Origin: an uncultured bacterium
GTDB lineage: Bacteria > Patescibacteriota > Minisyncoccia > Phycocordibacterales > UBA9973
Direction: 5' to 3'
Assembly (NCBI GenBank): GCA_903862375.1
Contig: CAIOXR010000078.1
Coordinates: forward strand, 1-35,440
Length of the DNA stretch: 35,440 bases
Part shown: one piece after another, positions 35,116 through 35,440 of the stretch
How positions within the stretch are numbered: position 1 is the stretch's first letter
Layout: each line of letters starts with the position of its first letter
Translations under genes and position numbers: made by a program
The notes under the pieces: generated by a model
Databases searched by the model: none
Seen by the model: only the letters and a program-made list of their open reading frames with translations
What the model was told of the DNA's origin: nothing

Positions 35116-35150
35116 AATTAAGAATTAGGAATTAACAATTAAGAATTAAA
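35116..35150 (+). repeat. Tandem heptamer repeat (AATTAAG consensus, 5 units)
   Basis: aattaag aattagg aattaac aattaag aattaaa between ssb and rpsR. Confidence 0.75.
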
Positions 35151-35154
35151 AACA

Positions 35155-35355
35155 ATGAAACAAGATTATTTTTCATCAAACAATATTAAGCATATAGATT
35201 ATAAAGATCTAGAATTGCTTCGCCGTTTTTTGACACCGAGTGCTCGTATGCAGTCTCGTCGTCGTACAGATGTGACTTCTAAGAATCAAAGAAAACTAGC
35301 TATTGCTATCAAAAGAGCTCGTTTTATGGGGTTATTACCTTATATAGCAAAGTAA
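35155..35355 (+). CDS. rpsR: 30S ribosomal protein S18
   Basis: IDYKD..LLRRF, RRRT, QRKLAIAIKRARFMGLLPY. Confidence 0.96.
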   Translation: MKQDYFSSNNIKHIDYKDLELLRRFLTPSARMQSRRRTDVTSKNQRKLAIAIKRARFMGLLPYIAK

Positions 35356-35368
35356 AAATATTGAAATA

Positions 35369-35406
35369 TAATAAAAATACTAACCTTACAGTTAGTATTT
35401 TTATTA
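35369..35406 (+). terminator. Intrinsic terminator after rpsR
   Basis: taataaaaatactaac-cttaca-gttagtatttttatta, 16 bp perfect. Confidence 0.8.
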
Positions 35407-35440
35407 TTGTTATTATTATATATTTGTGGTATAAAGTGTA

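Noticed and set aside
13673..35150. Heptamer arrays or hairpins as CRISPR repeats
   Set aside because: No 23-50 bp repeats with unique spacers and no cas genes.
1..35440. Alternative genetic code (UGA=Gly as in Gracilibacteria/SR1)
   Set aside because: Long conserved genes translate full-length under the standard code without internal TGA.

Overview
AT-rich bacterial chromosomal segment read in the standard code. Gene content and style point to a Patescibacteria/CPR (Parcubacteria-like) genome; this is an inference from short intergenic spacers, little Shine-Dalgarno signal, GlyQS-type GlyRS, type-2 IleRS and tandem Cys-rich proteins. In order: a MacAB-type ABC exporter operon flanked by two small single-TM paralogs; an S9 peptidase and a CPBP protease; a divergent dTTP/folate cluster (dcd-folA-thyA <> glyA-SDR-NUDIX-truncated DNPH1-like-tmk-NUDIX-dut); argS; two tandem Cys-rich paralogs; a T-box-controlled ileS with an internal histidine-phosphatase domain; NUDIX, HD-like and hydrolase genes; recO, glyQS, M16 peptidase, AI-2E transporter, metG, tatD; and rpsF-ssb-rpsR. 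Most notable: (1) a T-box with an ultra-short Stem I (Ile codon in the apical loop) coupled to a transcription terminator; (2) the IleRS-phosphatase fusion; (3) several GC-rich palindromic mini-elements sitting in frame inside housekeeping genes (argS, metG, tatD) and in the T-box; (4) larger inverted-repeat-bounded structured elements in intergenic and leader regions; (5) -10 boxes 6 nt before start codons, suggesting leaderless mRNAs. No tRNA, rRNA, CRISPR array or transposase was seen. All calls are by eye; no searches were run.
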